A stretch of DNA of 64,000 nt from Eledone cirrhosa (GCA_964016885.1 OZ024742.1:192014001-192078000), one strand, 5' to 3'. Shown: positions 43,676 through 59,136, counted from the stretch's first letter. A program made the numbers and translations. Notes: a model not told the origin generated them from the letters alone.

Positions 43676-45059
43676 AAAACGCGATAAAATAATAACGTGA
43701 ATGTAGTATTTAATGACATGAAAATTGATATAAAATCCTGGGAACAGTTTGCTCTAAATAGACTCCTAAGCTGTATCTTCATTAGTAAATTCATAAAATC
43801 CTCGCAAGAAACACGTATATAGTGAGAGCGAAAACCTAACATAGGCTCCACATAGTCTGTTCAGTTTACACTTCAAATGAAGCCACAGATTATATGTCCC
43901 ATGCATATGCTTGTTATTTCAATATCAGAATCGGTTTAATCAAGCATCTACAGACACATAAAAGTCAATCTGTTCTGTTGCAAAAACTATATTAAACGGA
44001 TTCTTCGTTTGTTTTAATGTCATGGGGTCAATTCAAGATGTTACTGTCATTTTTATTTATAGCACACTCGAGCAACAATGAAGATATTCACATACTTAAA
44101 TGTACATGCTCGAGATAAAACCTTTTTTTTCGGAAACAATTATCGTAGTTCGGAGGTTCCCAACCCTGGACACCACGAGTGCAATATGGTGAACCATGGA
44201 CTTCTTACGTAGAAAAACCTTTCAAATATTTGGAATCCGTGGGAGAATTCATTTAACAATTTTGATGCTAACCTGCACAAAACCATCTTTAATTCTGTGA
44301 AACAAACCCACTCATATTAAATTAAAATCTTCCAATATAATTTGACATTAGGAAATTTTGTTATGTTAAGAATATCATATTCATAATTAATTAATTGAAA
44401 TATTTCATTAATAATATTGTCATGAAAGTGTTAAATAAACGCGATTCTTCGGAGTAAAAAGCCTCGGAGCCACTGCCGGTATTAATTACCTGCCACAAAA
44501 AAAACAACAACTAAAAATAACTTAATGGATATACCGTATATATATATGATGAAAGTCATTGTTGTAATTATCATAGAACAGATCGGCCTGAACGTACAAT
44601 TCGTGAATTACCGTACAAGTGGTTAGAAACCTGTACCCATAACATAATTTTAGAGCCGAAACAGCGTGACAAGACTGGACCTTTAACTTACAGATCAACA
44701 TATTCGAAGGGTTTTCACATAGTTTCTGCCACCTCAGTTCCACTCACAAATCTTTGGTCATCGATTGAATGCTGTTACGGACGCTGCCCGAGTCAACCAC
44801 ACAGTGGAATCGACGCCTGGACCTCATGATTGCCAAGTTAACTTCTTAACCACAAAGCCATTATACATTATATATAATGAGAAAGGAGAAATGGCGATAG
44901 AGGTGGAGTAGTGGAGGGATAGGAGAGTATCTAAGAAGATTTCGATTGAGATAATTAGTTGAGATTTTCAAATGTTTAGTCATTAGAGAGACTCTGGTGA
45001 GTGATTAGATAGAAAGAGTGACGGAACCTCACAGCAGGCACGTTCACCCACTAGCCAAA

Positions 45060-45720
45060 ATGAAATGAAATCATGCATAACACAGATGATGATACAGCGA
45101 TGGGAGATAGGAGGATGAGGCCAAGGAGGGGGGAAAGGACGAGGAGGGGGAAGGACGGGGAGAAGTAGAAGCAGGAGAGGGAGGGTCGAGTAGGGGAGTG
45201 GTGGTGAGGTGGTAGAACAGGAGGATGTCGATGATAACGATGATGACGACGGCAACATGATAATAGCGACGATAATTGGTGATGGTGTGGTTGTCGATGA
45301 TGACGTCGAAAATGCAAGCCACAATAATAGTGACGACGACGACGATCTTGATGGCAGCAACGAAGATGATTATCTTACCGTCACCACGACGACAACAAAA
45401 TCACCTACAATGGTGATAACTATGTTGGTGGTATTGCTAGTAGTGATGGTGGAGTTGAAAGTGATTGTCGTTGGTGATGGTGGTATTGGTGGTGTTGTTG
45501 ATTATTATGATAGTGATGATGATTACATTGGCAATTGTGGTGGTGGAGGGTGGGGGGTTGTAGTGGCCGCAATGATGACGGTAGTAGTAGTGGTGGTGGT
45601 TACAATGGTAGTGGCAGTAGAGGTGGTGGTGATGGTGGTGTTCATGATAAGGAAGATATTGGTGGTTTGTAGGGATGATCATTATGCTAGTGGTGGTGCA
45701 ACATTATCAGCCAATCATCA
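45060..45720. repeat. Degenerate trinucleotide (GAT/GAC/GGT) tract
   Basis: Low-complexity triplet repeats. Confidence 0.8.
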
Positions 45721-47788
45721 TAACTGGAACAAGGTCACATAGAGTTCCATTAGCACGAGGAACCACATATAACTTGACATATCCTCTCGTGTATCTCCGG
45801 CGCCGGGCTAAACGCGGTAGCCTTTTCGTAAACCGACAATTTTTCACGAAGTTGAGTAAATATACATTTAAATGTCCATCTCTACCTGTGGTAACCACGT
45901 AAATGTCGCTATGGTGTTATTGTGAACGAGTTTAAACTACACTTACTCTCTTGCGGTCGAACTGGAGCAACTTTAATTCTCCCCGCCGTTCTGATCAACA
46001 ACCAACGTTTTAAAGGTATTTTCCGTTAAAACGAATCTCAGGAAAGACTTCATACTCATGGAGTAGTTCATTTTGAGGGTATGATCTGCGTTCGTATGAT
46101 CTTCCTGGTGACAACTCCTTTTGTCGCCTCTTACGACGCGCAACGATGCCATGTACATATTCTAAACCAGATATACACAGTGTAACATATTTCCTCACTG
46201 ATCTATTTTATTAAAAAGGAGTCTAGACGCTACTGATATCTATGATAACGTTAGCCCTCTGAGTGGGATGGACACCACTTGCTGTTTCGAGTATTCTAGT
46301 GCCAACTTTCTAGTACCAGCTACAAATTCAATGTGATGTGTCACTCACAATGGACATATTACGTTTGTGCCAATCACTGTTAAGACGTCCGGGATTGCCG
46401 CTTCCTAGACTGCCGCTAAACTCTGTCAAATCGGGATGATAGCTTTGTGATCGACCGGGAAAAGAAACAATGTGAGTTAGAATAGCTTAGTCCAGTACCG
46501 TAGCTTGAGTAAACTACTCACCACCGCGAAAATCACAATGCAGTAAATTAAATAACACCAGCCACTATACACAATTTTCTGTTTAGTACGGACCAACCCA
46601 TTTACCACGTATTAACTAAGTTGTTATGAGGTAGCAACTAACTCTGGCTATACTTCGGAGCAAAGTTTTGCCATCTTGATCGTTGTTTGAAGATGTGATA
46701 CGTTGTTTAACAGGGAAAGTAGATTTTGTTTTCATTTTTCCGTGAGTATTTATATGTATCACGATAGATTGTGGACACCAATGTGACCGAATGGGGAAAA
46801 GGGTTCGCTTCACCATCATGAGTTACTCTGTTCGATTTCACAGTGTGGTATCTTGGGCAAGTGTCATTTACCAAGCCTCTTGTCGATCCAAGCCTAATAA
46901 GTAAACATGGGTAGACTGAAAATGTTTGGAAATCCGTCGGATGGGCTATACTTGTAATTCAAAGAGCCAGCCTTGTCAATTACTGTCATAAAACTCCCCG
47001 AGAATTACAGTAAGCGTACACGTTTCTATATAATGCTTGCGCGTTAATTTCACGAGCTGGTAAATCTGTTGATCGCACTATTTGAACGCTCATCACTGAA
47101 GACGTCGGAGGTCCATTCCATTCCAATTAGATAGATAGTATACAAGGTTATTAATCTGTCTACTTATGGTCAAAATGATTAATACAGATTTACAAACCCG
47201 CACTATAATGTTCAAATAATTAACTACTATACTCTAGTGCACCACGCCTCGAAGAACTGGTTGTTTTCTTTAGATTTCTGAATGCCATTGATGCTAAAAA
47301 CAAGCAACCCTATATATATATGTGTGTAGTCTCTTTTTATTAATTTCGGGATTATATTTGATCAGCCACGTTCCCAGTGATAAGGTTATAAAGAAAACGA
47401 AATGTCCATCGTTCCTCGCACAATCGTTCATCCTGTGATATTTAAGAGTGATTTAAAGATTTTGAAAATTTTAGATATCGTAACCATTTGTAGCTTATTT
47501 ATTATGAGGCTGCTTCCGTTCACCAAGAATCCAAATTCAATCTTTCTTTGACTCAGCGGCTTGGTATACACCGTGAAGGACCAATAATAATAGGTACGGA
47601 ACGGAAAGTTTTATTTGGGTAATGTATATACAAACTCCTCATCAATAGTTCGTGGCTATCCTCTTTCTTTGCGTATGTGTTTGTGTACACACACACACAC
47701 ATATATTTTAAATTGTTAAACAATATTCTGTCAAAGAATGATTAAATCTTAACCATTTAACATCTCAGGCTATGCCATGTATCATTAT

Positions 47789-47841
47789 ATTTTGTCTGAT
47801 GAGGACGTACTGTCGTACATCCGAAATATGTATAATAAAAT
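47789..47841 (+). ncRNA. Minimal type I hammerhead motif (family C relative)
   Basis: ATTTTGT-CTGATGA-GGAcGTACtgtcGTACaTCC-GAAA-TATGTA-TA^-ATAAAAT; ~45 bp from (TA)n. Confidence 0.85.
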
Positions 47842-47881
47842 GTAATTGATCAAAAAAACATCTATTTTATTAATACTTATA

Positions 47882-47919
<38 letters not shown>

Positions 47920-47965
47920 CGTATATTATATGCATATCTATATATACATATGTATATATATGTAC

Positions 47966-48110
<145 letters not shown>

Positions 48111-48112
48111 TC

Positions 48113-48163
<51 letters not shown>

Positions 48164-48621
48164 AGAGATGAAGAGATGAATAGAGGGAGACAGGGAGAGT
48201 TAGGTGCTATACTGTCTTATTGTTTCAAATTCACATATACAAGAAACAAGGATTCAAACGAACGACCCAAATTAAGATCATAGCTGAAGGCAGCGGAAGA
48301 ACCCAGTTTCAGAAATCTTCGAGTGGAGTAAGAAGTGTGACACAGTCTGATGTTAAGGGGAGCTTGGCAGAGTAAACGCAGCTGCCACTGTGTTAGTAGT
48401 AGGGGGTGATGAACAAGATATTCGGCATTCTATTCACACGTTTGTTTCACACGCACACACACACACACACATACCTGACCTATTTCGTTACTCTAAATGA
48501 TTATATATTCTTTACATCTTTTATCCTTTGACCTTATCTGTGTACACAGATGCATACAGGAATACTTTCATACACACACGTGCGTGCATACATACATGCT
48601 CATGGCATATATATATATATT

Positions 48622-48773
<152 letters not shown>

Positions 48774-49103
48774 TGGGGTGTATAATCAATTGTGAAAAAT
48801 ATAGCTTTTTTAGAAGAATACAACTTCATGTAACGACACAATATATGTAAACAATGTATATCGACGGACATCCGTCACTTTCATCGATGAGTGTACTATT
48901 TTTCGATGAACATAAGCGTCTGCTCCTGAAATTAAGGCATGAGCGTTTCAAAATTCCACTGACCTGTATAACCTTTATGTACTTCTCAGGGAGATTCAGT
49001 GTGTGGGACAGACGTGGCCATTTTAATTATTGTTGCTGCCCATCTGAATGGTTTACAAACATTTTTCGTTTAACCTTAGCTTCAGTGCAACACATGCATT
49101 TTA

Positions 49104-49841
49104 AAGGAGTTTGTGTAGACGGAACATATTTAGAAGCCCTTCGGATGGACTGTACCAGTAATTCAAAGGGTCAACCTTCTCACACACACTATGGCAAATT
49201 TAATCAACCTGAGAATGTAGAAAGATTTTTCGTCTAAACATAGCCTCAGTTCATCTAATGAATTGTGAAGGAGTTTGTGTAAACAGAACATGTTTGGAAG
49301 CCCGTCGGATGGGCTGTACCAGTAATTCAAAGGGTCAACCTTCTCACACACACTATGGCAAATTTAATCAACCTGAGAATGTAGAAAGATTTTTCGTCTA
49401 AACATAGCCTCAGTTCATCTAATGAATTGTGAAGGAGTTTGTGTAAACAGAACATGTTTGGAAGCCCGTCGGATGGGCTGTACCAGTAATTCAAAGGGTC
49501 AACCTTCTCACACACACTATGGCAAATTTAATCAACCTGAGAATGTAGAAAGATTTTTCGTCTAAACATAGCCTCAGTTCATCTAATGAATTGTGAAGGA
49601 GTTTGTGTAAACAGAACATGTTTGGAAGCCCGTCGGATGGGCTGTACCAGTAATTCAAAGGGTCAACCTTCTCACACACACTATGGCAAATTTAATCAAC
49701 CTGAGAATGTAGAAACATTTTTCGTCTAAACATAGCCTCAGTTCATCTAATGAATTGTGAAGGAGTTTGTGTAAACAGAACATGTTTGGAAGCCCGTCGG
49801 ATGGGCTGTACCAGTAATTCAAAGGGTTAACCTTCTCACAC
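49104..49841 (+). repeat. 164-bp tandem repeat, ~4.5 copies, partly SINE-derived
   Basis: Period of 164 (49104, 49268, 49432, 49596, 49760). The unit contains ggaagcccgtcggatgggct..gtaattcaaag, also seen at 46925-46965. Confidence 0.95.
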
Positions 49842-50293
49842 GCATTATGGCATGCTGAATGACTCTGAGAATTACGTTAAGAATATACTAAATTCACGAT
49901 CAGGCTGTTCCATTGATCAAACAAAAAGAATGTTCATCGTCGAAAACGGCCTTGTGCCTTCCATGACAGTTTCTTCTTCAGTCCTTTATACTAGAATATT
50001 CTATTTATTTCTTTTTCTACTTCAAACTTCTTAGTTATGTTATCAAGCTTTCTACAGAGGCTGGAATAGGTAGACAAGTGGATTACACCAGATAAGCTAA
50101 CATATGTGCAATATGAAAGAAATCTTTGATCCGAAATAGAAACAAGTGGGAAAAGATTATAGTGACCTATTTGTCATATATGAGGTGTATATGTACGTGT
50201 GTATGATTGTATACATATATACGTGCACACAGACACACACACACATATATGTGTGTGTGTATATATAGATATGTAAATATATATATATATGTA

Positions 50294-50326
<33 letters not shown>

Positions 50327-50983
50327 GCATATATACATATATATATTTACCTATACATATATATACATATATATACACATAAATATACATATATATATAT
50401 ATACATATATATATATGCATATATATTTATATATTTATATGTATACATGTGTGTGTGCGTATAGTGAAGGCACGTGGCTTAAGTGGTTAGGGAGAGAGAT
50501 TCACAAACGTGAGCTTATGAGTTCGATTCCCGGGTCGGGAGATAAGTTGTGTCCTTGAGTAAGATAAATTACTTCACGTTGCTCCTTTTTCCAGTAGTTA
50601 GTATTAACACTTTTGAAAGACCAATGGAAACATTGTTTCCCTAGGCCGATCTAACGAGTTCCACCCAACATGGTAAGCGAAGGAGTTTTCGGACCTTCTC
50701 GATTCGGATTGGATCATATATTTGTGTGAGAGAGTGTTTCTCCTTTGTTTGTATTTTTACACCAAGGTCATGTAAAAAAAGAATAGAGGAAAGACACAAG
50801 TTAACAAAAAAGTAGTTAATGAGGAGGTCACATAATGCGTGACAAAAGAGCTTTCACAATCAACAATTAAACAACCATCCGTTTATTAAACTAACCGACT
50901 GCGAAATTATAATAATAAATTGAAGTGAAACTCAATAGGTGCATTTCTTTTTTATTGGCAGCATGATCATTCCAAAGTATAAC

Positions 50984-51068
<85 letters not shown>

Positions 51069-51209
51069 GTATGAGAAGGCTTATATATGATAGTATATGA
51101 TTGCCAAACAGTTTCAGAATTAACCCAATATGTCTATAAATTATTGGTCGGAAAAATAACTGTGGTCTTTAAGCAAAAAATGATACGGAAAGTCAGACGT
51201 AAACACAGA

Positions 51210-51284
<75 letters not shown>

Positions 51285-51423
51285 CAATATATATGTGTGT
51301 GTGTATATATGGACATTTGTAATTGTATATGTGCATGAGTGCCTGTGTATGTATAGATAGATTTATTTCTTTATACATATGAGAATATAAAGGAAAACAT
51401 TGCTATTATTCATTTATTGAATT

Positions 51424-51424
51424 T

Positions 51425-51490
<66 letters not shown>

Positions 51491-51491
51491 C
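51424..51491. repeat. (TAG)n microsatellite
   Basis: Perfect triplet run. Confidence 0.95.
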
Positions 51492-51608
51492 CTGCTCTGT
51501 TAGAATTTCCTCCTGTGAGTTTGCGCGCAATTTCAATTAAATTTCTATTGGTTTTTTTTATAAGTCGAACATAAGGATAACCTGCAATATATATAAATAT
51601 ACTCTTCG

Positions 51609-51672
<64 letters not shown>

Positions 51673-52440
51673 TGTGTGTGTGTGTATGTGAGTGTGTGTG
51701 TGTGTGTGTGTAAAAGGTAAACATAAATAACAACACAATCGGTATATAGTATATATAAGGAATATAATAGGTTAACGCTTGAAACACCAGGAAGAGGTTT
51801 AACGTCTCCGATGCTAGTCCTTCGCCAGAAGAAAGAATGAGAAATTAGATACATTGAAGGGACGGGCGGGGTGGAATTGGACAAATTGTCTTGAGATAAA
51901 AATAACAGGCCCATTCAAGTTTCCGTCTCTTGGAAAACTGTTGATGCTGGCGTTTTGTGTATGATGAATTTTTTTAGAGAAACTTTATCAAATATTCAGA
52001 GTCATTTTATTTCCTTATATATTCCTGTTTTGCCGATTTCAGAGGCATTGAAACATTTTCATTCAACAGTTATTCAATGATTTATCATGAAACAGTAGGT
52101 CAAATGTAAATAAAAATCAAATTTGTAGTAGCAGTAGTAGTTTGATGTGCTCTAAAACGTACCATGCTATTCAGTCTATCTTCTGACTTATCACCCTTCA
52201 CCCCCTAGTGATACCACCAATGTAGCTCCAAACACCCTGTCCCCAAAATTACCAGTACTAGATTTTGAAAAACGTATGTTTGCCGGGTATTGAAAAGTAA
52301 ACATCTCTTCAATAGCAGGCATATCAAAATAAAAAAAAACAACAACAACTCTATCTTTATTTACTTTCTCCTCCTGTTTGAAGTCAATGCATTGATTAAC
52401 TGTTCCTCAACGAGCATTTGATGCCTTTGAAATGTGCATA

Positions 52441-53059
<619 letters not shown>

Positions 53060-53214
53060 ATATATAAATAGTCTTCTAGTATATATAAATGCTATTAAAA
53101 TCTCATACAGCACCTCAGTCGTCAATATCACTAGAATCCTCATCAGCGCCAACATCACTGTCATGTCTATCGCCGCCAGCAACATCATAATTCTAAATCA
53201 GCGCTAAACGACTA

Positions 53215-53770
53215 CCGAGGTGGACTTTGCCTTTCATCCTTACGGGGTTGATAAAATAAAGTACCAGTAATGCACTGGATAATTGCTGGCCTTGTGCCTA
53301 AAGTAGAAACAATTATGTGGACGTAATCCAGGCGGTGGATTGGCAGTATCGGTAGAGGGTCGGACGCCATGCTTTCCAGCATAGTTACGTCACTTTACGA
53401 TCTGAGTTCAAATCCCACCGAGGTTGACTTTGCCTTTCATCCTTACGGTGTCGATAAAATAAAGTACCAGTAATGTACTGGGTGATTGCTGGCCTTGTGC
53501 CTAAAGTAGAGACAATTATGTGGACATATATTTGATTGAATAGATAAACAAATATGAGTCGTTTCATAAAATGTATTGATGATCAATAAGGAATAAGTGG
53601 ATTGGCAGTATCGGTAGAAGGTCGGACGCCATGCTTTGGCGCATAGAGTTACGGCCCTTGTCATTCTGAGTTCAAATCCTGCCGAGGTTAACCTTACGGG
53701 GTCGATAAATTAAAGTACCAGTAACGTACTGGGTAATTTGCTGGCCTTGTGCCAATAGTAGAAACAATTA
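53215..53770 (+). mobile_element. Cluster of three tRNA-derived SINEs
   Basis: ggcggtggattggcagtatcggtag...gagttcaaatcc...gtagaaacaatt. Confidence 0.9.
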
Positions 53771-56700
53771 TATCAGTAATATTTAGTGGACATATATTTG
53801 ATGGAATAGATAAACAAATATGAGTCGTTTCATAAAATGTATTGATGATCAATAAGGAATAATGATTTCTAAATTTGGAACGAGACCAACAATTTATTGG
53901 ATGTGAAAGTGGGTTATATCGACCCCAGTATTTGGCTGATACTTAATTTTATTGAAGTGAGAAGGTTGAAAGTCGATGTTGACCTTGACGCTATTTGAAC
54001 TCAGAACGTAACGAACCAGAACAAATAATGCATTAGTCTGACTCTGCCAATAATGATAGTAATGGAAGTACTAAAATATCGAAATACTTTTCTTACAGTT
54101 AAACAAAAAGAAGATAACGTGACCACCATCAGTTTTGTTGGTCAGTGTTTGATTTGTTCGGTCGACGCAACGGCATACTCATAAAACTAACGTATAAATA
54201 GCCACGTATTCATCATATGTGTGTCATTCTTAGGGATAGTCTATGTGAGACACTGTACGATAGGACCGAGCAAACACGATGCTTTGATGAATATGATGAT
54301 GATGATTGAGAATGTATGTGTACAGCTATTTATCCCAATAGTATGTATTGTTTTCATTGGACTTGATTCAGCATTATTTCTCCGCATTTCAAAGGCGTTA
54401 ATTTCAAGAGGTTGCAATGCAATCTATATAATTACTCACGTTAAATTTGATGAAGATAAACATTTATCCGTCAGGATATTGTCTTGCCATCCCTTCGTTG
54501 GTCTGCTCTGCCTTTCTTGTCTTATGTCTTGAAACAAATTCCCATTGATTACTAGGTAGATCATAGATGTCTCCGTTTGTCAAACGATTTCATTAACTAA
54601 CAACAAACTCGTTTTACCAGTTTCTAGATTTTAGAAATGTTGAATGCTTATCTTCATCAAATTTATCGTGAGTAATTATATAGATTACATTACAACCTCT
54701 TGAAATATAGAACTTATTACATATAGCTCTAGTACTGACTTCCTTAACCAAACAGATTGGGATAAATTGAACTACTGTTAAAGGGGTCTCAAGCTTCGAT
54801 ATTTCATCTCGGTCTATGATAGCTAAAAAAAACCCAGCCATTTACCACACGACATTAACAACAGAAGTAGCCTAAACAGCAACATAAGCCAGAAATAGGA
54901 ATATAGAGAAACAAGAACGGTACCAAATATAGCGGTTAGATATTAGATAGCAAGGGAAGAGGAGATAGATAGAAGGAAGGGGTGAATGGGAGAGAGAAGG
55001 GGATGTAATAAATCAATAATTTATATGGCATATCACAAGATGAATCGAGAAATATTGTCCTTAATTATATTTACTGTTAATTATCGGCTATTTAGTTATG
55101 CGTGTGTGTGTTTGTACGTGTGTGTGTGTGTGTGTCTGTGTGTGTTTGTGTACGTGTGTGTGCGTGCGTTTGTGTGCATATATATGTGTACATATATATA
55201 CGAGTGTGTACGTGTATCTGTTTATGTTGGCCATTATATGTGTTTATATTGACTTAGGCTTATGCGAGTATTTATGTGTATTTTGCGTGTTTATATATAA
55301 TATGATATATGTTTCGGTTCCGTGTCTCTATTTGTGTGTGTGTTTTATGTACATGCGTGTGGTTGTGTGTGTTAGATGTTTGATCTTTTTGTTTCAAGAT
55401 GTGATTTTTCTCTGTGTGTGTGTGTATGTGCTTACGCCTGTTTATGTGTCTGTATGTCAGTATGCATGTAATTGAGGATGTGTGGCTATTTAATGAATGT
55501 TTGTAGGGTTTTGCTACATACACTATTTTTGTTGTAATGTACCCAATTTTATATGTTGATGTGTGCATAATATCTTTTTCATGTATATATATGTTGTATA
55601 CTTATATATGTGTATATATATTTTGCAAAAAAAATGTGTGGATCAATCATGAAATGGAGCTTAATTAACACAAAGATTATCTAAAATGAATGAATACATT
55701 GTTTTATATATATATATACATGTTTGTAGATATGTATATATGTGCGTATATATGTATGTATGCATGTTTGTATGTATGCATGTTTGTATGTATGTATTTA
55801 TATGTGTGTGTATATGTATGTATAGTTTTATGTATAGAGATGTATGTGGTAAAACATTGGAGATATTTCCCTACCACACATACACACATACCAAAATCAC
55901 AGCAAACATCTTAATTGAAAGAAAAACACAAGAGAAAATCAGTTACATGCAAATATGTCTCCTGTGAGATATTTCTAAGGAGGTTGTGTTTTTACTTACT
56001 TCATAATTCAGTAGCTTCTTTAATATTTATTTATATATTTCTATGTGTTTGTCTTCCTTAAAAATTGAATATTCCTTAGCATTATAACATCCCTTAAGTT
56101 TCTTCGTGAATTTTGGATTTTATATATTTATTGTTTTATTTTATGGAGGTTTTTTCTAACTTGTTTTTTGGTGGTGGGGAGGGGGTGGGGTGTTGTTTTA
56201 GAATCAAGATTTCATATTTTTTTCCGATATGCAGATGAACATAAAATAAAAATCAATATAATGTTATCAGAAAAAAATTCATAAACATTACAGTTTGTGT
56301 GAAATTATATGGTGTTATGGAAAAACAACACTCTGTTAAAGTAGCCATTAGCAACCGTATATGTTTTCTTTTTTATCCTCTCTTCTGTTAAAGAACAGTA
56401 ACAGCAGCAAAAATATCAACAACATCATTGAAAACAACAACAGTTATTTTAAAAGTATTCAAACGCAACAATAATAATAACAACAAAATTGAGAACAACA
56501 GCAACAAATAGTAATAAAGATGTAATAAAATAAAAGTTATTTTTTTGCAATTTTAGCAGGCCAAACTTTCACAACGTTGACAAGTTAACTGTCAGTACTT
56601 TTAACAATATAAACTACCTGAAAACTATCTATGCAGCAATCTCATCAGATAGTTCAAATGGTAAAAGAAGAAATATTTATAATTCTATTCAGAAAAGGCA

Positions 56701-57833
56701 ATCGTAACAACATCTGTGAATACTGTTCTACATTCAGAATCACCTGTAGTAAATCACAGGTGAGCTATCGATGGAGCCGCTAGATAATCATTTAAATTCT
56801 TAGAAATAACAACTAAATCTCTCACAAATCACACACAGGTTTCTTAACATAACACCACACTCAATAATGTAATACCAAAATACACACCAAGACAGCGAAC
56901 TCGTAGAGGATTTATTACGACGAATAGAATGCTTTGCGGTATTATTCCGACACTCTGTATTTTGAGTTCAAAAATCTCACCTAGGACACCTTTACTCTTC
57001 ACCCTTTCGAGATCGATAAATAAAATACTTGGAACATATATTCCGCTAGCCTTCTCCTGCTCACTCCCTACCTCTTTCTTCTATGGAAGAAATCATTTTT
57101 GTTCACACCTGGAGAAAGCCGAGTTTCGCCAAGTTTAAATGTCATGACTGCTTACCTACGATTCCAACAGTAGTTCAGATAGCGTAGAAAATACACAAAA
57201 TGTTTTTTTAAGGCAGCGAATTTATCATAAGTTCAAATATAGTGACAATCAACTTTACCTTTAATCGATAAATAAACTTCAAGATCGATAAATAAGGAGC
57301 GTTCTAAGGTGATAGGCAGATTCTATCGTTAGTGTTTCTGTTACTGAAATTACAAAAATGTAAAGCTTCTTGATATATTTTCTGAAAACTAAAGTTATTA
57401 ACGTATATATTTCATTTGTTTCAACCAGTTGACTGCGGTCATGCGTTAGTTCATTATATCGACCCATATACTTATTATTTTTTACGTCTTTCTGTGAAAG
57501 CGCTAAGTTACGGTACATAAACATCAGTAAACACAACACTAAACACAAACACTGATATAGACATAAACACGTATCACCATATATATATATATATACAAAT
57601 TTTAGTACAGCATTAACGAAGCTTTAGTTTGTGGCCAAGCTAACGAATGCAAATTCGGTATGTAGCTTTAGCACTCGAATGGGAATAGTACCCCAGAGTA
57701 ATAACAATACGTTTAGACAGCTTAGCAAATCAAATATAGCGATCGGCAGTCCAGCCGCATTACCACAGCAACGAAGATACAGGACTCAGGAAAAGATTTT
57801 ATATATAGAAGTGGTTACACAACAATTAATTCA

Positions 57834-57883
57834 CCATACCGAGAACAATTGTTTCACCTTAGCGGATTCTCAGCTCGGAATGG
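57834..57883 (-). ncRNA. Minimal type I hammerhead motif in the PLE 3' UTR (core G8 mutated)
   Basis: CCATtCCGAG-CTGAGAA-tCCgctaaGGt-GAAA-CAATTG-TT^-CTCGGtATGG. Confidence 0.75.
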
Positions 57884-58039
57884 GCATGGTTATAGGAACA
57901 GGAAGGACAACCGTACGAACGCGCATGTGCTGAAACCCGGTCACTTCACACAGGCAATACTAGAATGCGTGCGAGAGGTGTAAGGGAGATGACTGCGAAA
58001 GTCCGAAAAGTTTTTAGTTGAAAATAAAATTACAAAGAA

Positions 58040-58544
58040 TCAGTCCGAAGTCTTGTAGTTATGCAATAGGTGTTTGGCGACGTGTGGACAACGTGTGAAA
58101 AATTCATTTCTCGTGTTTAGGCAATCACTATTGTGTAATCTCTTTAGAATAGTTATTCGTTCGTCAATACATAAGCCACACGTCGGATTTTCCCTTGCGT
58201 ATGGCTTGGACTTAGTGATGGCTTTCCATTGAATGGAATAGTCTATACTTGAGTCCTTGAGGGACCATACGTGGCTCGCGAGTTTCGTGGATGAACGTCT
58301 GTCCGGGTACCTTAAGGTAGACTGATGGTTCAGGAAACGTTCCTTAAATCGGCCCTCTGCCATGCCCACAGAGGATTTGACCTTCTGCGGTTCGTTTGGT
58401 CGGTTAGAAGTGACCACAGCTTCATAAATTACAGCTGGTGTGTTGCATTGCTGTTGAAGGGGGCAAGCTTCAGGCTCACGGCAAGAGCATCCTGGTGGGG
58501 TGTTGCTCCTAGGGCTGCTGGTGATGTGGGCCTTCATGTTCTTA

Positions 58545-58548
<4 letters not shown>
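58040..58548 (-). pseudogene. PLE GIY-YIG endonuclease domain fragment
   Basis: [15 protein letters not shown] linker, VIYEAVV...[16 protein letters not shown] (GIY-YIG-like), [29 protein letters not shown]. Confidence 0.9.
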
Positions 58549-58617
<69 letters not shown>

Positions 58618-58633
58618 ATATATATACAGGCAC

Positions 58634-58674
<41 letters not shown>

Positions 58675-58761
58675 TGTATATACACACACACACACACACA
58701 TACACATATATATATATATATATATATATAAATATGTATATACACACACACACACACACAT

Positions 58762-58825
<64 letters not shown>

Positions 58826-58849
58826 GTGTAAGTGTGTGTGCGTGTAAAC

Positions 58850-58995
58850 ACGGCGGGCTTCTACTAAATTCCTCTCATATGACATTGATCAACCTGAAGC
58901 TGTAGTGGAAAATATTTGCTCCAGATGCCACTCAGCGGGACTGAACCCTGAAAGAAAAGGTTGTGAAGCGAACACCTTAACCACAGGGCCATGCT
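58850..58995 (-). mobile_element. Older tRNA-derived SINE of a second family
   Basis: Minus strand tggccctgtggttaagg...gggttcagtccc (A/B boxes); relatives near 12080-12210, 44720-44860 and 46815-46940. Confidence 0.6.
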
Positions 58996-59136
58996 TAAGC
59001 TTATATGTACGCAAAATCAACATCCTTGAATATTGAGAAATCGCCCTCCTTTCACATAAAATGGCATGACAAATATCACAACGCATTTCGTCCGACGCTC
59101 TAATTTTGCTAATCTACCGCCCATAAACTTCTCATA

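Larger units (their letters stand above)
57596..58548 (-). mobile_element. 5'-truncated Penelope-like element (Nematis-like, tentative)
   Basis: GIY-YIG C-terminal ORF fragment, then a 3' UTR with an HHR; (TA)n at both ends. Confidence 0.9.

Noticed and set aside
45209-45742. 177-aa acidic/hydrophobic ORF (similar case at 59666-60325)
   Set aside because: Arises from degenerate trinucleotide repeats.
45745-46200. Possible piggyBac transposase relic (MSMKSF..RF)
   Set aside because: Resemblance is too weak, and no TTAA-bounded TIRs or catalytic motifs were identified. It needs BLASTX.
48820-48932. Possible minus-strand host exon after tttcag
   Set aside because: Short, stops early, has no recognisable homology, and the neighbouring splice-like signals lie in SINE sequence.
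49104-49841. Possible CRISPR array or tandem retrozyme
   Set aside because: There are no unique spacers, the context is eukaryotic, and I found no CTGANGA/GAAA core in the unit.
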